A stretch of DNA of 48,396 nucleotides from a virus. Taxonomy: Duplodnaviria > Caudoviricetes. A program made the translations under genes and the position numbers. The stretch is taken from positions 1 through 48,396 of IMG/VR virus record IMGVR_UViG_3300037515_000186, one strand, 5' to 3'. The first letter of the stretch is position 1, and each line of letters starts with the position of its first letter. Positions 7,101 to 17,285 of the stretch are shown here, one piece after another. The notes under the pieces are model-generated. The model saw nothing but the letters and a program-made list of their open reading frames with translations. It was not told where the DNA came from and ran no database searches.

Positions 7101-10082
7101 ATGGCAGGTCGCGTTGTCAATCAGAACGAGATTTACCTTGGCGGCACGTTCTTCCCCCTGAGCCGTCCGGTGCAGCGCACGCTCGTGCCCAACACCGCCG
7201 CGAAGGTGGTCATCGGGGACACGACCAAGGACAGCTCTGTCGATTCGTCCGCCCTGGCGCTCTCCGACTTCCGTGGGGGCATCGGCCTCAACAAGATGAA
7301 GGGTGCTGGCGAGGTGGACAGGGTGTGGTACTCGACTGCCAACCTGTCGCACCAGGGACACATGGTGCTGCCGCCGTTGGCTACCCAGATCGCCGACCCC
7401 GGCGCTGATGTTGGCCCTCTCCAGTTGATAGAGTTCGACAATGCCATCTTTGGTGTATGGGTTGATACAACGAGTGGGGCCGATACAGTGGTGCATGAGT
7501 ACAATAATAATGCCGATGATTGGATAGACCCCGCTTCAGCAACGCTGACTCCTGCTGGGATTTGGCAATCTGGGTTGATGAGTCTCCGGCTTGAAGGGAC
7601 GATGTATCTTGTTGGACGCAGCATATCCATTCCTAATTCCACAAGGTACACGACAGACGGCAGCACTTGGGGAAGACTTCCTGTCGCAGCATGGAGGACT
7701 GTGCTGTGGGACGAAAAGCTATTCTTCATTGACCTCGATGGGCAACTCGCCTACGTGACCAGTCTGGAACCAGTGCTGACAGAATCGGGCACCGTCTCGG
7801 CGGTGGAAACAAATGGGTCTGCCGCGCTCGACGACACCGCCGCGCAATTCACGAGCACGATCAGGGACGGCAGCCATCGCGTCCGTGTTGTAGATGCGAC
7901 AGAGCGCGCGGTAAATGGTTTTATTGGAACGGCTGACCCAGACGGCGATGACACACGGGTGCAAATCTTCAACTCCGCAGCGCGTACGACCCAAAACTGG
8001 GTCGAAGGCGGCTCAACAACGTTTGATCCTACTGACGGGCCGCTTACTTATGAGGTGTACAGAGTTGTTGAGGATGCGCTGCTGCCAGTGCAGCCCTATG
8101 ACGGAGGAGACCATATCCTCTCTCCCGTCTCACAGATGTTCACCTACCAGGACGCAGGTGGTGAAAGCATCATCTATGTGGCATCTCCTTATGGGTTATT
8201 CGCCCACGACTTTGATAACACGAAGTTCGTGGAAACAGAGTTGTCGCTTCCGACGCACCGTGACAATGGGAAGGGTGCCGTAACGTGGCGCGGCTCGTCC
8301 TACATCTCGTCAGGACTTGCCGTCTACCAATATCAGGTTGGCAGGCAGGCGGTGGTCTCACTGGTTGGGCCTGATAGAGACGACGGACTGATTGGCATCA
8401 AGAGGGGCATCATCACCCGGTTCGTACCGGGCCATAACGCACTATTTGCCTTCGTTTCTCCTGTTGACTTCCTGGCACCATCTGGTTCAGGCCGTGACCC
8501 TTGGAACGCGGCTGCCGCTGTTGCTCTCCAGGACAAAGACATCTCAGCACAGGGCGCGACCCCCAAAGGCGTCTTCTTCAAACCGGACGGGTTGGAGATG
8601 TACGTCGCTGAGGATGCTGACAACGCCGTAGACCAGTACACGCTCACCACGGCATGGGATGTGTCCACCGCAGGGTTCACCCGCACCCTTGCCATCGGAA
8701 CAGAGGAGACCAGCCCCGCCGGTATCTTCTTCAAGCCAGACGGCACGAAGATGTACGTCGTCGGCTTCCAAGACGACGAGGTGAACGAATACGACCTGGG
8801 AACGGCGTGGGACATCTCCAGCGCCTCGCACGTACAAGCCCTCGATGTGACGGTGCAAGAGGATGCTCCTCACGATGTGTTCTTCCGTGCTGACGGCAAG
8901 AAGATGTACATCGTGGGCATAGCGGGCGTTGAGGTGAACGAGTACGACCTGGGAACGGCGTGGAATATCTCCACCGCCGTGGCCTTGCAGGCGTTCGACC
9001 TCTCAGGCGAAACAACCGCGCCCACAGGCATCTTCTTCAAGCCGGACGGCACGCGCATGTACATGACCGGCTCCGGCAGCGTGCATCAGTACGACCTCTC
9101 CACGGCATGGGATGTCTCCAGCGCGGTGCTGGTGAGTTCAACCAGCGTGACTGGCCAGGAGGCCACGGTAGAAGGCGTGGCGTTCAAGGTGGACGGCACG
9201 AAAATGTACATCGTCGGCTCAGGTGGCGTTGAGGTGAACGAGTACGACCTGCTGCCGAGTCCGCTGATCTTGGCGTGGGATGGTGTTGGCTGGCAGGTAC
9301 TTTGGGATGAAGGTTCGCCAGGCTATACCATCACTAGCGGAATTGTTGCCAATGCGTACAACGAGTACCGGCTGTGGTGGAGCACCTCTAGGTTTTTCAA
9401 TGCCACAGCATCCCAGAGCACCGACCCGCAGGTCTATTTCATTGACCTCCAACGCGACATCGTGAACCCCAATCAGGTTGCGGACTACAAGTACGCGGTC
9501 GAGGCCGAGACCATCACGCCGTGGTTCGACGCAGGGCAGAGCGAGCTCAACAAGCTGGCGCTGAAGATCGTCGCTGAGACGATTGTTCCTGACTCTGACG
9601 ACTCCATCACCATCTCCTACGCGCTTGACTACTCGGAGGTATGGACGGCGCTGACGGCCATCACCACGAGCGGCTCCACGACGTTCACGCTGCCCAACGC
9701 GGCGACGCCAGAGGGCGTGGCCTTCCGCGCCATCCGGTTCCGCATCGAGCAGGAGCGCACGAATGACGACCCTGACGTGGACAAGTTCCATTCACCCGAC
9801 CTGAACAGCCTCACGCTGGTCTACGAGAAGCGCTACCCGCCCAAGTTCGGCTTCACGGTCAGTCTTGACCTGTCGAAACCTTACAAGGACAAGACGCCAG
9901 CGCAACTGCAAAGCACGCTCATCACGCTCATCGAGGACGACAACACCAACGAGTTCACGTACCGCAACGACGACTCCGAGGAGCGCAACTACTGGGTGCG
10001 CATCCGTGGCTTCTCTGGGCTCGACACGACGGGCGAGGACGAGCGGGGCCAGGTGCAATTGCAGCTTCAGGCGCCGGGATGA
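7101..10082 (+). CDS. Tail nozzle-like beta-propeller protein with inserted domains (alternative start 7044)
   Basis: Large beta-rich ORF after the adaptor; five internal FxxDGxxMY...YxL repeats; GGGAGAG RBS before 7101. Confidence 0.7.
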   Translation: MAGRVVNQNEIYLGGTFFPLSRPVQRTLVPNTAAKVVIGDTTKDSSVDSSALALSDFRGGIGLNKMKGAGEVDRVWYSTANLSHQGHMVLPPLATQIADPGADVGPLQLIEFDNAIFGVWVDTTSGADTVVHEYNNNADDWIDPASATLTPAGIWQSGLMSLRLEGTMYLVGRSISIPNSTRYTTDGSTWGRLPVAAWRTVLWDEKLFFIDLDGQLAYVTSLEPVLTESGTVSAVETNGSAALDDTAAQFTSTIRDGSHRVRVVDATERAVNGFIGTADPDGDDTRVQIFNSAARTTQNWVEGGSTTFDPTDGPLTYEVYRVVEDALLPVQPYDGGDHILSPVSQMFTYQDAGGESIIYVASPYGLFAHDFDNTKFVETELSLPTHRDNGKGAVTWRGSSYISSGLAVYQYQVGRQAVVSLVGPDRDDGLIGIKRGIITRFVPGHNALFAFVSPVDFLAPSGSGRDPWNAAAAVALQDKDISAQGATPKGVFFKPDGLEMYVAEDADNAVDQYTLTTAWDVSTAGFTRTLAIGTEETSPAGIFFKPDGTKMYVVGFQDDEVNEYDLGTAWDISSASHVQALDVTVQEDAPHDVFFRADGKKMYIVGIAGVEVNEYDLGTAWNISTAVALQAFDLSGETTAPTGIFFKPDGTRMYMTGSGSVHQYDLSTAWDVSSAVLVSSTSVTGQEATVEGVAFKVDGTKMYIVGSGGVEVNEYDLLPSPLILAWDGVGWQVLWDEGSPGYTITSGIVANAYNEYRLWWSTSRFFNATASQSTDPQVYFIDLQRDIVNPNQVADYKYAVEAETITPWFDAGQSELNKLALKIVAETIVPDSDDSITISYALDYSEVWTALTAITTSGSTTFTLPNAATPEGVAFRAIRFRIEQERTNDDPDVDKFHSPDLNSLTLVYEKRYPPKFGFTVSLDLSKPYKDKTPAQLQSTLITLIEDDNTNEFTYRNDDSEERNYWVRIRGFSGLDTTGEDERGQVQLQLQAPG
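8500..9252 (+). repeat. Five ~50-aa beta-propeller blade repeats
   Basis: FKPDGLEMY, FKPDGTKMY, FRADGKKMY, FKPDGTRMY, FKVDGTKMY; the first four are followed by Y(T/D)LxTAW(D/N)(V/I)S; DNA gaggtgaacga(a/g)tacgacctg occurs three times. Confidence 0.9.
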
Positions 10083-10465
10083 CCACCCAGCAGCAGGCCG
10101 AAGTCCCTGCTGGCTTCACCCTTCCTGAATGGATGGTGCACCAGGAACTCACGAGGCGCGGGCTCCGCGAACCCCTCGACTTCACCTTCCAGAGCCCGTT
10201 GTTCGGCGGGCGGGTACAGCGCGGCGGACTGGTCATCGACTTCCTGTTCGCCAACCCGCCTGACCTCGCCTTCTCCGTCTTGGGCGTCTACTGGCACCGT
10301 GGGGCGGTCACGGACGCACGAGACCTCATGGCGCGGGCGCAACTGGCCGGTGAGGGCATCACGCTGGTGTTCCTCGATGAGCAGGACATCTACAACGACG
10401 TGCGGCATGTCGTGGGGGAAGCGTTGCAGTACCGTGACAACAGCCGCCTTGGGAGGAGCGCATGA
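10079..10465 (+). CDS. DUF559/Vsr-like PD-(D/E)XK-fold protein
   Basis: FTFQ...GGLVIDFLF...VLGVYWH...RD...LAGEGITLVFL; the usual Glu before GxYWH is not evident. Confidence 0.6.
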   Translation: MTTQQQAEVPAGFTLPEWMVHQELTRRGLREPLDFTFQSPLFGGRVQRGGLVIDFLFANPPDLAFSVLGVYWHRGAVTDARDLMARAQLAGEGITLVFLDEQDIYNDVRHVVGEALQYRDNSRLGRSA

Positions 10466-11022
10466 CCTCGTACCCAGGCGCGCTTGACACGTTCCGCATC
10501 CCGCAGAACGCAGGGCCACACGGCAACCCGTTTCACCATCAAGAGCACAAGAAGCAGAACGAGGCCATCGTTGCCATTGAGACAGCGCTGGGTGCGGGGT
10601 TTGGTGGGTACGCCGAAGGTCTGTTCACCCCTGCGATTGCGGACGACAACCTTGACGGGTCAGGGGAAGGCCAGAGTTACAGTATTCAGAATGGGTTCTA
10701 CACGAAGATTGGCAACAGGGTCTTCTTCAACTTCCAGGTCACTATTACTGACCTTGGCACACTGACCACTGGACAGCAGGCGAAGGTCGTCGGCCTTCCT
10801 TTCACTTCCTCGTCTGCCTCCAACTCAGACTCAACTATCTCAGTGGGATTCGCTGACAGCCTCAACATCACGGCCAACCAAGCGGTCACTGGCATCATTG
10901 CCCCAAACGTAGCGCATATCAATCTTTACTTGTGGGACGCAGCGGCCGGTACGACCGCGATGACTCTCGCGGAACTCTCGGCTGGGGGCAGGCTTATCGT
11001 CTCTGGTCACTACAGGGTGTGA
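10462..11022 (+). CDS. Short tail fibre / receptor-binding-like protein
   Basis: NEAIVAIETALG anchor-like segment; GFYTKIGNRVF...GLPF...SGHY head motif; last gene of the structural operon. Confidence 0.7.
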   Translation: MTSYPGALDTFRIPQNAGPHGNPFHHQEHKKQNEAIVAIETALGAGFGGYAEGLFTPAIADDNLDGSGEGQSYSIQNGFYTKIGNRVFFNFQVTITDLGTLTTGQQAKVVGLPFTSSSASNSDSTISVGFADSLNITANQAVTGIIAPNVAHINLYLWDAAAGTTAMTLAELSAGGRLIVSGHYRV

Positions 11023-11031
11023 GCCCTGTAG

Positions 11032-11223
11032 CTAGGCCGCGTGCGCCTCGTGTGATCGTGGGGTAAACACTTCAGCACCACATTGGACACAGGTGAGCTT
11101 GAGATCGTGGATGTCGCGGCGGTAAAGGTCGCCCTCGCAGCGCGGGCAGCACTTGAACAGCAGGCGCGGCATCCTGGCCACTCTGCGCCGCTGTCGTTCT
11201 CGTGCCTTCGTCGTCAGCCTCAT
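11032..11223 (-). CDS. Zinc-ribbon small protein
   Basis: CPRCEGDL...CVQCG. Confidence 0.65.
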   Translation of the reverse strand: MRLTTKARERQRRRVARMPRLLFKCCPRCEGDLYRRDIHDLKLTCVQCGAEVFTPRSHEAHAA

Positions 11224-11237
11224 GGCGACAGCATACC

Positions 11238-12107
11238 CTACTCGGGGGCGGCGAGCAGCGCGTCCATCGCAGCCTTCAAGCGTACGAGTGATAGGCGCAT
11301 ACGCTCAGGTTGAGGCACGTTCCAACCAAGCTTATCCGTAGCGCCAGTAAGGCACGAGAGACCATCGCCTAGCGTCGGCATTTCTTCGCGGAAGGCAACG
11401 ATGAAAGCCTGTAGGGCGTCGGCGCGGGCCTCGGCCTCTCGGCGTGCGGGGACTTCACGTTGAACAATCTCAGCCAACTCCTCGTGATCGCCAATCAGTT
11501 GGCGCATCCATTGGCCAGCGCTTTCAACCTGCTCCGCAACCTCCGCCTCCAACGCAGCGATGCGGGCCTGCACGCGCTTGACGACCTGCTCCTCGTCGCA
11601 CTCCACGTCGTAGGTGCTGACTCCCATCTCGTTGGGCCAACCACCCACTGCGTAGTCGATACGGGATAAGGCACGGGAGTTCTTCATTAGGGCGCAGACG
11701 AGACAGCGTCCACGAGCGCCGCCTGTTGGCTGGTGCTTATCGCACAACGGCGCCGCCTTCTCGTAGGCATCGATGCGGTCGCAGGCGTCGAGGTACTTCG
11801 TGGTGTACTCGGCAAGACCGGTGCCCGTTGCGCTAAGTAGCTTCTCGTAGTCAGCGATGCGGGCCTGTGCGGCATCACGTTCGGCCCACGATAGGTCTCG
11901 CTCCTCCCACGCCTGGTTACGGGCATCCTCCAACTCGCCAGCGGCACGAGTTATCTCAGCGATGCGGGCCTGCTGCTGGTCGTAGGCTTCGAGGAGATGG
12001 TCGATATCGCCATTGACGCTCCTTACCAGCGTGGGGTGCACGCCAAACCACCTCACGATATTCGCGCGCAGCTCACGAATCTCCCTGAGCCGCTGGTCGT
12101 CGTTCAT
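11238..12107 (-). CDS. Coiled-coil mosaic hypothetical protein with QARIA repeats
   Basis: 289-aa ORF coupled to the upstream gene. Confidence 0.75.
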   Translation of the reverse strand: MNDDQRLREIRELRANIVRWFGVHPTLVRSVNGDIDHLLEAYDQQQARIAEITRAAGELEDARNQAWEERDLSWAERDAAQARIADYEKLLSATGTGLAEYTTKYLDACDRIDAYEKAAPLCDKHQPTGGARGRCLVCALMKNSRALSRIDYAVGGWPNEMGVSTYDVECDEEQVVKRVQARIAALEAEVAEQVESAGQWMRQLIGDHEELAEIVQREVPARREAEARADALQAFIVAFREEMPTLGDGLSCLTGATDKLGWNVPQPERMRLSLVRLKAAMDALLAAPE

Positions 12108-13272
12108 GGTGTTCGCTCCTCTCCTACGTACTCCACTCGCCCATTGAACAGCTTGGCGTAGTCACGAGCCGTGAGCCAGTGCATTCGAATTGACCGGTAA
12201 TCCCCTGGGTAGACGACGCGCCAATGCCCATCACACGGCGCATATCCTCGCACCCCAAGGTCACGCAACCAATGCCAAAGCCTCATCACCGCACCTCGCT
12301 CTCGTCCTGCGCTACGGGCTGCGGCGGGGGTAGCAGGCGTGCGGCGTATTCCCTGGCTTGGCGCAGCACCTCATAGTCGTGTTCGTCGGCCAATTGGCAG
12401 GCACAACCCGGCTCAGTACATCCAGCACGAGGGTCAGGCCCAAAGCAGACCCGCTCATGCTTCCACCAAGAGTGCCCACATTCAGGACAGTCCATGCTTC
12501 ACCTCCTGCGTGGCCTTGATGCGCTCGCTCACCTCGCCTCCTTCCTCGTGCCGTCAGCCCGTTTCAGTGGGCGGCTCAAACGCGCCAGGCGGCAGCGGCC
12601 ACGGTGTGACGTACTGCGCTTGGTCGTACTCGTACATCACGTGTGGCTCATCGTCATCGAAGTCGCATTCGTTGTCAGGATGGTTCTCGCAATCTGGCGT
12701 GCGGCACCAATGCGATAGGGATTCTAAGTACGTGTCCTCCACGTCGCAGTAGCACATCTGCCCGCAGTCCAAACAATCGTGAGCCATCATCCCTCCTTGG
12801 CCACGGTCTCGAACGGTACGAGGGCGGCGCGCAGGTGCTCGACTTCGACATCGCCCACCGCGTGGTAACGGCAATTGATGTTGTCTGTGAGTCCACGCGA
12901 TGTCCACGCCTCGCTACAGGTACAGCCGCCGATCTCTCGTTCTGCATCTCTCGCCGCGCGTACCAGCGCCTCGACGGCCTCCCAGCGTTCCTTCGACACG
13001 AAGTAGCCTTCGCTCGTTTCAGTCATTCATCGTCCTCCTTGCACCGTCAGCCGCTCGACCCATCGGCGTACGCTCAATTCGCAGCCCGACATCAGCGCGA
13101 CGCCGTTCGCCATCCCAACATGCGTTGCCCGCGCACGGCAGCCGCACGAGCACCGCCGACGTGACCGCGAAGGGATTGGCTCTAGGTACCGCTCGTGAGC
13201 TGCCGCACTGCCATACCTACCCCATCCCGCCTGCCCCCGTACCATCGCTCGCACCCGTTCTCGCTCGTTCAT
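12104..13272 (-). other. Run of five small hypothetical CDS (12104-12289, 12286-12495, 12554-12790, 12787-13026, 13027-13272), several Cys-rich
   Basis: Tightly packed, mostly start/stop-coupled ORFs with GGAG-type RBSs. Confidence 0.65.
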
Positions 13273-13940
13273 CCTTGCACCGTCAGCCTTGTTGCTGCCA
13301 CCATGGCCAGAAGCACCGCGCCAATCCGTTTCGTGTAGAGGGGCGGAATGGACTGCGTGAGCTCGCCCCAGCTCATCCACTGAATCCCCATCGCCTCGCG
13401 GGCTTCTTCGAGCGTTCGTGCTGTGCGGCCGCCGTGCGGTATCTCGTCGCCCATCTTGTGGTAGACCCCTACCGGACGGCCCTGAGTCCTATGGCGGCAG
13501 GGCATGAGCCAGAAGAATGTTGGCTTGTGAAACTCGAAGAGCCGATGCCGCCTCACTTTCAGGCCAAACATCGAGCCGCAAAGGAACGTATCGGCCCGCA
13601 GTGGCGCCCCCTCGACATTCTCGATAACCCACGGCCTGCCAGTTGCTCGCAGCGCCTCTCTTGTTGGCGCAATCAAGTCTTCGTACCGTGGAGAGCCGCC
13701 CTGCGCCTCTCGGAGGTGGCGAGCTCGCGTCGGAATCTGGCATGGTGGAGAAGCATGGATGGCGTCAAACTCGTGGCCGTGCGCCCGGATGAACTCGATG
13801 GCGTCACCCTGGTGGAACTCGTCACCGATGAAATTGGGCTGAGGCTCGATGTCCACACCCACGACGGTGAAGCCCGCCATCTGATAGCCGCGCGACGCGC
13901 CGCCAGCTTTGCAGTACGTATCGAGTAATACTGGCCTCAC
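13269..13940 (-). CDS. DNA (cytosine-5) methyltransferase-like protein
   Basis: LLDTYCKAGGAS (motif I variant), HASPPCQ (catalytic PC), VIENV, RRHR; GTG start with GAGGTG RBS. Confidence 0.85.
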   Translation of the reverse strand: MRPVLLDTYCKAGGASRGYQMAGFTVVGVDIEPQPNFIGDEFHQGDAIEFIRAHGHEFDAIHASPPCQIPTRARHLREAQGGSPRYEDLIAPTREALRATGRPWVIENVEGAPLRADTFLCGSMFGLKVRRHRLFEFHKPTFFWLMPCRHRTQGRPVGVYHKMGDEIPHGGRTARTLEEAREAMGIQWMSWGELTQSIPPLYTKRIGAVLLAMVAATRLTVQG

Positions 13941-14351
13941 GCAAACACCTCGCTCCTCACCTTCGACACCTGGCCGGGCAGGCGTTCCCGCAGCGCATCG
14001 TCCAGCATCCGGCACAGATGCCCCAGCATGCGTCTCCTGTCCCCCTCCTCGCCCGGCATCCCGTCCAGCGCGTCCACGCCATCGATGCGCCAATGCCCCC
14101 CGGTGTTCCGGGCAGATGGGGTGAAGGACGCGATGACCTCGAAGCGGTAGGCGGGGCGCTCTGGGCAGCGGCTCCACGAGCGGCCAGCCGAGTAGAACAG
14201 CGTCACGGTCTCTGTGCGCACCTGCGTCCGAGGCTGTGGAGTGCCTTGCGTGCTGCGGCGTGTCTCCGTCATCTCGTCCTCATCCAAGCGTCGATGCGCG
14301 CTACCTGACGCCGCACGTACCTTCGCTGCAACCAGCGGTGTAACCAGATCA

Positions 14352-14894
14352 TCACCACGACCCCCGTCTCAGGTACTCTGCCGCTGAGGCTGTCTCGGTA
14401 CGCCTGGGCTTGCCGTTCGGGCTGGCGCGGGCTTGGAGGTCGTCCACCTCGCGCCGGAGCCACGTCCGCAGGTACATTCGCTTGTCGAAGCGTTTCGTCA
14501 TGGCCTTGTGGTTCAACGCCTCGGCGATGCACTCACGGGCCTTCTCAGGCCCACCGAGCTGGGGGCCGAACTCCGTGACCATCTGCTCGATGTAGAGCGC
14601 AGTGATTTTCGTGACACGTGGATGCGTAACCACACCCCTTTCCCTCCCCTCAGACTCCCCTCCTAATTCCCCACTCCCTCCTGAATCCTGATTGAGAGAG
14701 AGGGTGGGAAGGGGTAGGGGAAGGGAAAGGGGAGTGTGAGGGGGAAGGGAAGGGGACGGGGGAACCACCGCTAACGCATCGATTTCGATTGCTTCCTCTG
14801 CCAAGGCACCTTCCAGCCGTTCGACCCGCTGGAGGAGTTCGGCCAGCTCTTCCCGTAGCGCGTTCAGTTCAGCGTCCATCACCACTCCCGTCAC
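14352..14894 (-). CDS. Putative replication initiator-like protein
   Basis: Pro-rich low-complexity linker; C-terminal helical domain YLRTWLRRE. No strong motif; function is inferred. Confidence 0.45.
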   Translation of the reverse strand: MTGVVMDAELNALREELAELLQRVERLEGALAEEAIEIDALAVVPPSPSLPPHTPLSLPLPLPTLSLNQDSGGSGELGGESEGRERGVVTHPRVTKITALYIEQMVTEFGPQLGGPEKARECIAEALNHKAMTKRFDKRMYLRTWLRREVDDLQARASPNGKPRRTETASAAEYLRRGSW

Positions 14895-15666
14895 GTTCGT
14901 TCAGTCGTTCCCGCTCCCATTCGTGGTAGACCTCGGACTGGGCACGGGACAACGCTTCCAGGCTCTTGTCTGTCTCACGGCGGTACGCTTCATGCCACAG
15001 ATCGCGGAACCACCGTGCTGAGAATTTCCGTGCTGGCGAGCGGTTCACCATGGCTTTACCTTCGTCTTGCGCTGGCGCTCCTGGTTCGCTGCCATGTTCG
15101 CTGCGGCCTGTCGTCGCCACTCTGCCTCGGTTGCATGGGGAAACTGCACCTGGGCGTTCTTGTAGTGTTCGGCAAGCCCCGCTTCCTCGAACTTCTCTGA
15201 GAGATAGTCGGACTCCTCGACCGGCTCTACGTCGCGGCCTAGCTGCTTGGCAAGGCATGACCGGCAGATGTCCACCCGTCCAGCCGTTGACGAGGTGTGG
15301 TGGCTGCTGTCATCGATGCGCTTCAGGCAGATGTTGCACGCGATGTAGTCCAACTCTCGCACGACGCGAAGCCCGTCCTTCGTCTTCACCTTGTTGCCGT
15401 TGGCGTCTACTTTGTCCTTCATCACTCTCATTGCATTGCCATCCATTTCTCGAACGCATCGACCATCTCGTGAGGGGCGCGGTTGCGGAGCATGACTTCA
15501 GCGAACTCCGCCAGGGTGTCCCTGCTGTCAGTAAGGCGACGGAAGATGTCTGCCGCGTCGTGCTCGCACCAGTCCTGAAATGGCGCATACAGCGTGAGGC
15601 CGCGTTCATGGCATTCGACCTGTAAGCTCTCGTCACTGACCGAGGCGAGGTCTACTTCATCCGCCA

Positions 15667-16065
15667 TCATTGCCCCTCCGTATACCAGTCCCAGATGGCG
15701 GCGGCGAGTGCATCCCGATAAGTTGGGTTGTGACCTTGATAGATGCGCCCAAACCCAGTCGGCTCTAACAAACAGAACGCGCAATCCATCGTGGAGTTCC
15801 AACCGAACTTCACGTCATAGCGACACTCGCGCGCTACTTCGAGCCACGATTCCACGTCCGTCTGCAGGCAGTAAGAACTCTTGTAATGGTCAAGCGTCTT
15901 GTCTGACCACTTGCAGACCTCCACACCGAGGTGTCCTGCTATCCACTCGTGCTCACCTCTCAGTGCGGCGAAACGTGGGTCTGGTACCTGGTACTCGTCA
16001 GCGACTCCGTGCGGGTCAGGCACCGTTATCTCAGCGAGCGTCCGTGCGATTTCCTCTGTCGTCAT
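15667..16065 (-). CDS. Hypothetical protein, paralog of 29868-30278
   Basis: DPRFAALRGEHEW...YCLQT...PTYRDALAAA. Confidence 0.7.
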   Translation of the reverse strand: MTTEEIARTLAEITVPDPHGVADEYQVPDPRFAALRGEHEWIAGHLGVEVCKWSDKTLDHYKSSYCLQTDVESWLEVARECRYDVKFGWNSTMDCAFCLLEPTGFGRIYQGHNPTYRDALAAAIWDWYTEGQ

Positions 16066-16466
16066 GCGCCCAACTCCTCCATGATTTGCTTGGCGTCGTG
16101 GGGTCGCCACAGCCGACCGTAGGGGCCAAGCCTCAACAGGGCGTCCTCCTGTGCGGGAGTGGGCCTTCCCTGCTCCGTCTTCAACTCTGCAAAGATGACC
16201 TCGCGTGGCAGGCTGGGATAGTGGATGGGAGCCATCGGCATGTCCACCCGGACTCGCACCATCCGCAGATCGGGCTCGCCCTTGGGGCTGACGCCGCGCC
16301 ACTGCCCATCCGCGCCCTTCTTGGCCGACACGCGGGTGTACCACACCGTCCAGCGACGGGCCTCAGCGTACGTGCGGACAGCGACGGAGAACGAGTGCTC
16401 ATCCACCTTCTTCAGGTCTGCCTTGTCGAGTGCGGCAATCATCTCTAGGGATAACGTGCGGGCCAT
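16062..16466 (-). CDS. VRR-NUC family nuclease (Holliday junction resolvase-like)
   Basis: KGEPDL...VIFAELKTEQGRPTPAQ. Confidence 0.85.
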   Translation of the reverse strand: MARTLSLEMIAALDKADLKKVDEHSFSVAVRTYAEARRWTVWYTRVSAKKGADGQWRGVSPKGEPDLRMVRVRVDMPMAPIHYPSLPREVIFAELKTEQGRPTPAQEDALLRLGPYGRLWRPHDAKQIMEELGA

Positions 16467-16708
16467 CAGCGTTCCTTCCTCAGTTGGCGCACGGCCTGCT
16501 TGCCCTCGTCGGTGATGGTGACCTCGCGCTCATGCCAGTCCCACTTGGCCGGCCCATGGCGCAGCAAGTTCTTGTCCACAAGGCTGTAGTCCACGCCGAG
16601 CTTGCAGCCAACTTCGCGCACTGTCGCCTTGCCTCCATGGTCATCGAGCGCCAGCAGCGCCCTCGCCTGCGGCTCCGTCAGCATCACGGTGATTTGTACT
16701 CGTGGCAT
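16466..16708 (-). CDS. Small winged-helix-like protein
   Basis: LTEPQARALLAL...TVREVG...VTITDEGK. Confidence 0.55.
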   Translation of the reverse strand: MPRVQITVMLTEPQARALLALDDHGGKATVREVGCKLGVDYSLVDKNLLRHGPAKWDWHEREVTITDEGKQAVRQLRKER

Positions 16709-16868
16709 CAGCGTTCCTTCGCGGGCGGCGTAATATGAAACTTCTCACAGACGGCACACCAGACGATCTGCGACTGGGCGTGCGAGTTCCGTGCGATTAT
16801 GTTGCGTGCGCTCTGGGGCGAGAGGAATGCCTTCGTGCCGGGGCAGCGTGTGACAGTGCGTATCTCCA

Positions 16869-17285
16869 TCATCCCGCAGCCTCCAGTAGTCGTGCAGCAG
16901 CGTCGTCAGGGACGTTCCACAGCCCTTGATGACCCAAGATGGGGTACGGCTCGCGTAGAGGGCGAATGTTGGTCAATTCCCAGGCATAACGACCAGGCCG
17001 GAATACCCCAAAATCAACCTCGGTCTGGCTCATTGGAATGCCCACGATGGGGAAGCACTCGAAGAGTTCAACCACGGCGACGATGGCTCCTCGCGGCGCG
17101 CCCCGCAGACCGTACCGCGCCGCGAGGAGGTTCGCGTCCAAGTCCATCCCAGCGAGGCTCGCATGGATGGCGAGCGGGCCTCGGTACGATGTTCGCCACG
17201 ACCGCGTCTCGTAGCGCTTCAGGCCCAGCGCGATCGCTGAGGCCCAGGGTTGGTGCAAAGTCAAGCCTTTGATGATGCCCTCCAT
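16869..17285 (-). CDS. ASCH domain protein
   Basis: LTLHQPWASAIALGLKRYETRSWRTSYRGPLAIHA...GHQGLW. Confidence 0.9.
   Translation of the reverse strand: MEGIIKGLTLHQPWASAIALGLKRYETRSWRTSYRGPLAIHASLAGMDLDANLLAARYGLRGAPRGAIVAVVELFECFPIVGIPMSQTEVDFGVFRPGRYAWELTNIRPLREPYPILGHQGLWNVPDDAAARLLEAAG

Noticed and set aside
6807-9252. Diversity-generating retroelement template/variable repeat pair
   Set aside because: The similarity is at protein level, mismatches are not adenine-specific, and no reverse transcriptase is present.
12900-13928. Long opposite-strand or alternative-frame ORFs (e.g. 12900-13928+, 2878-3966-, 34510-35877-, 43594-44949-)
   Set aside because: These are shadow ORFs typical of high-GC DNA, overlapping motif-supported genes.
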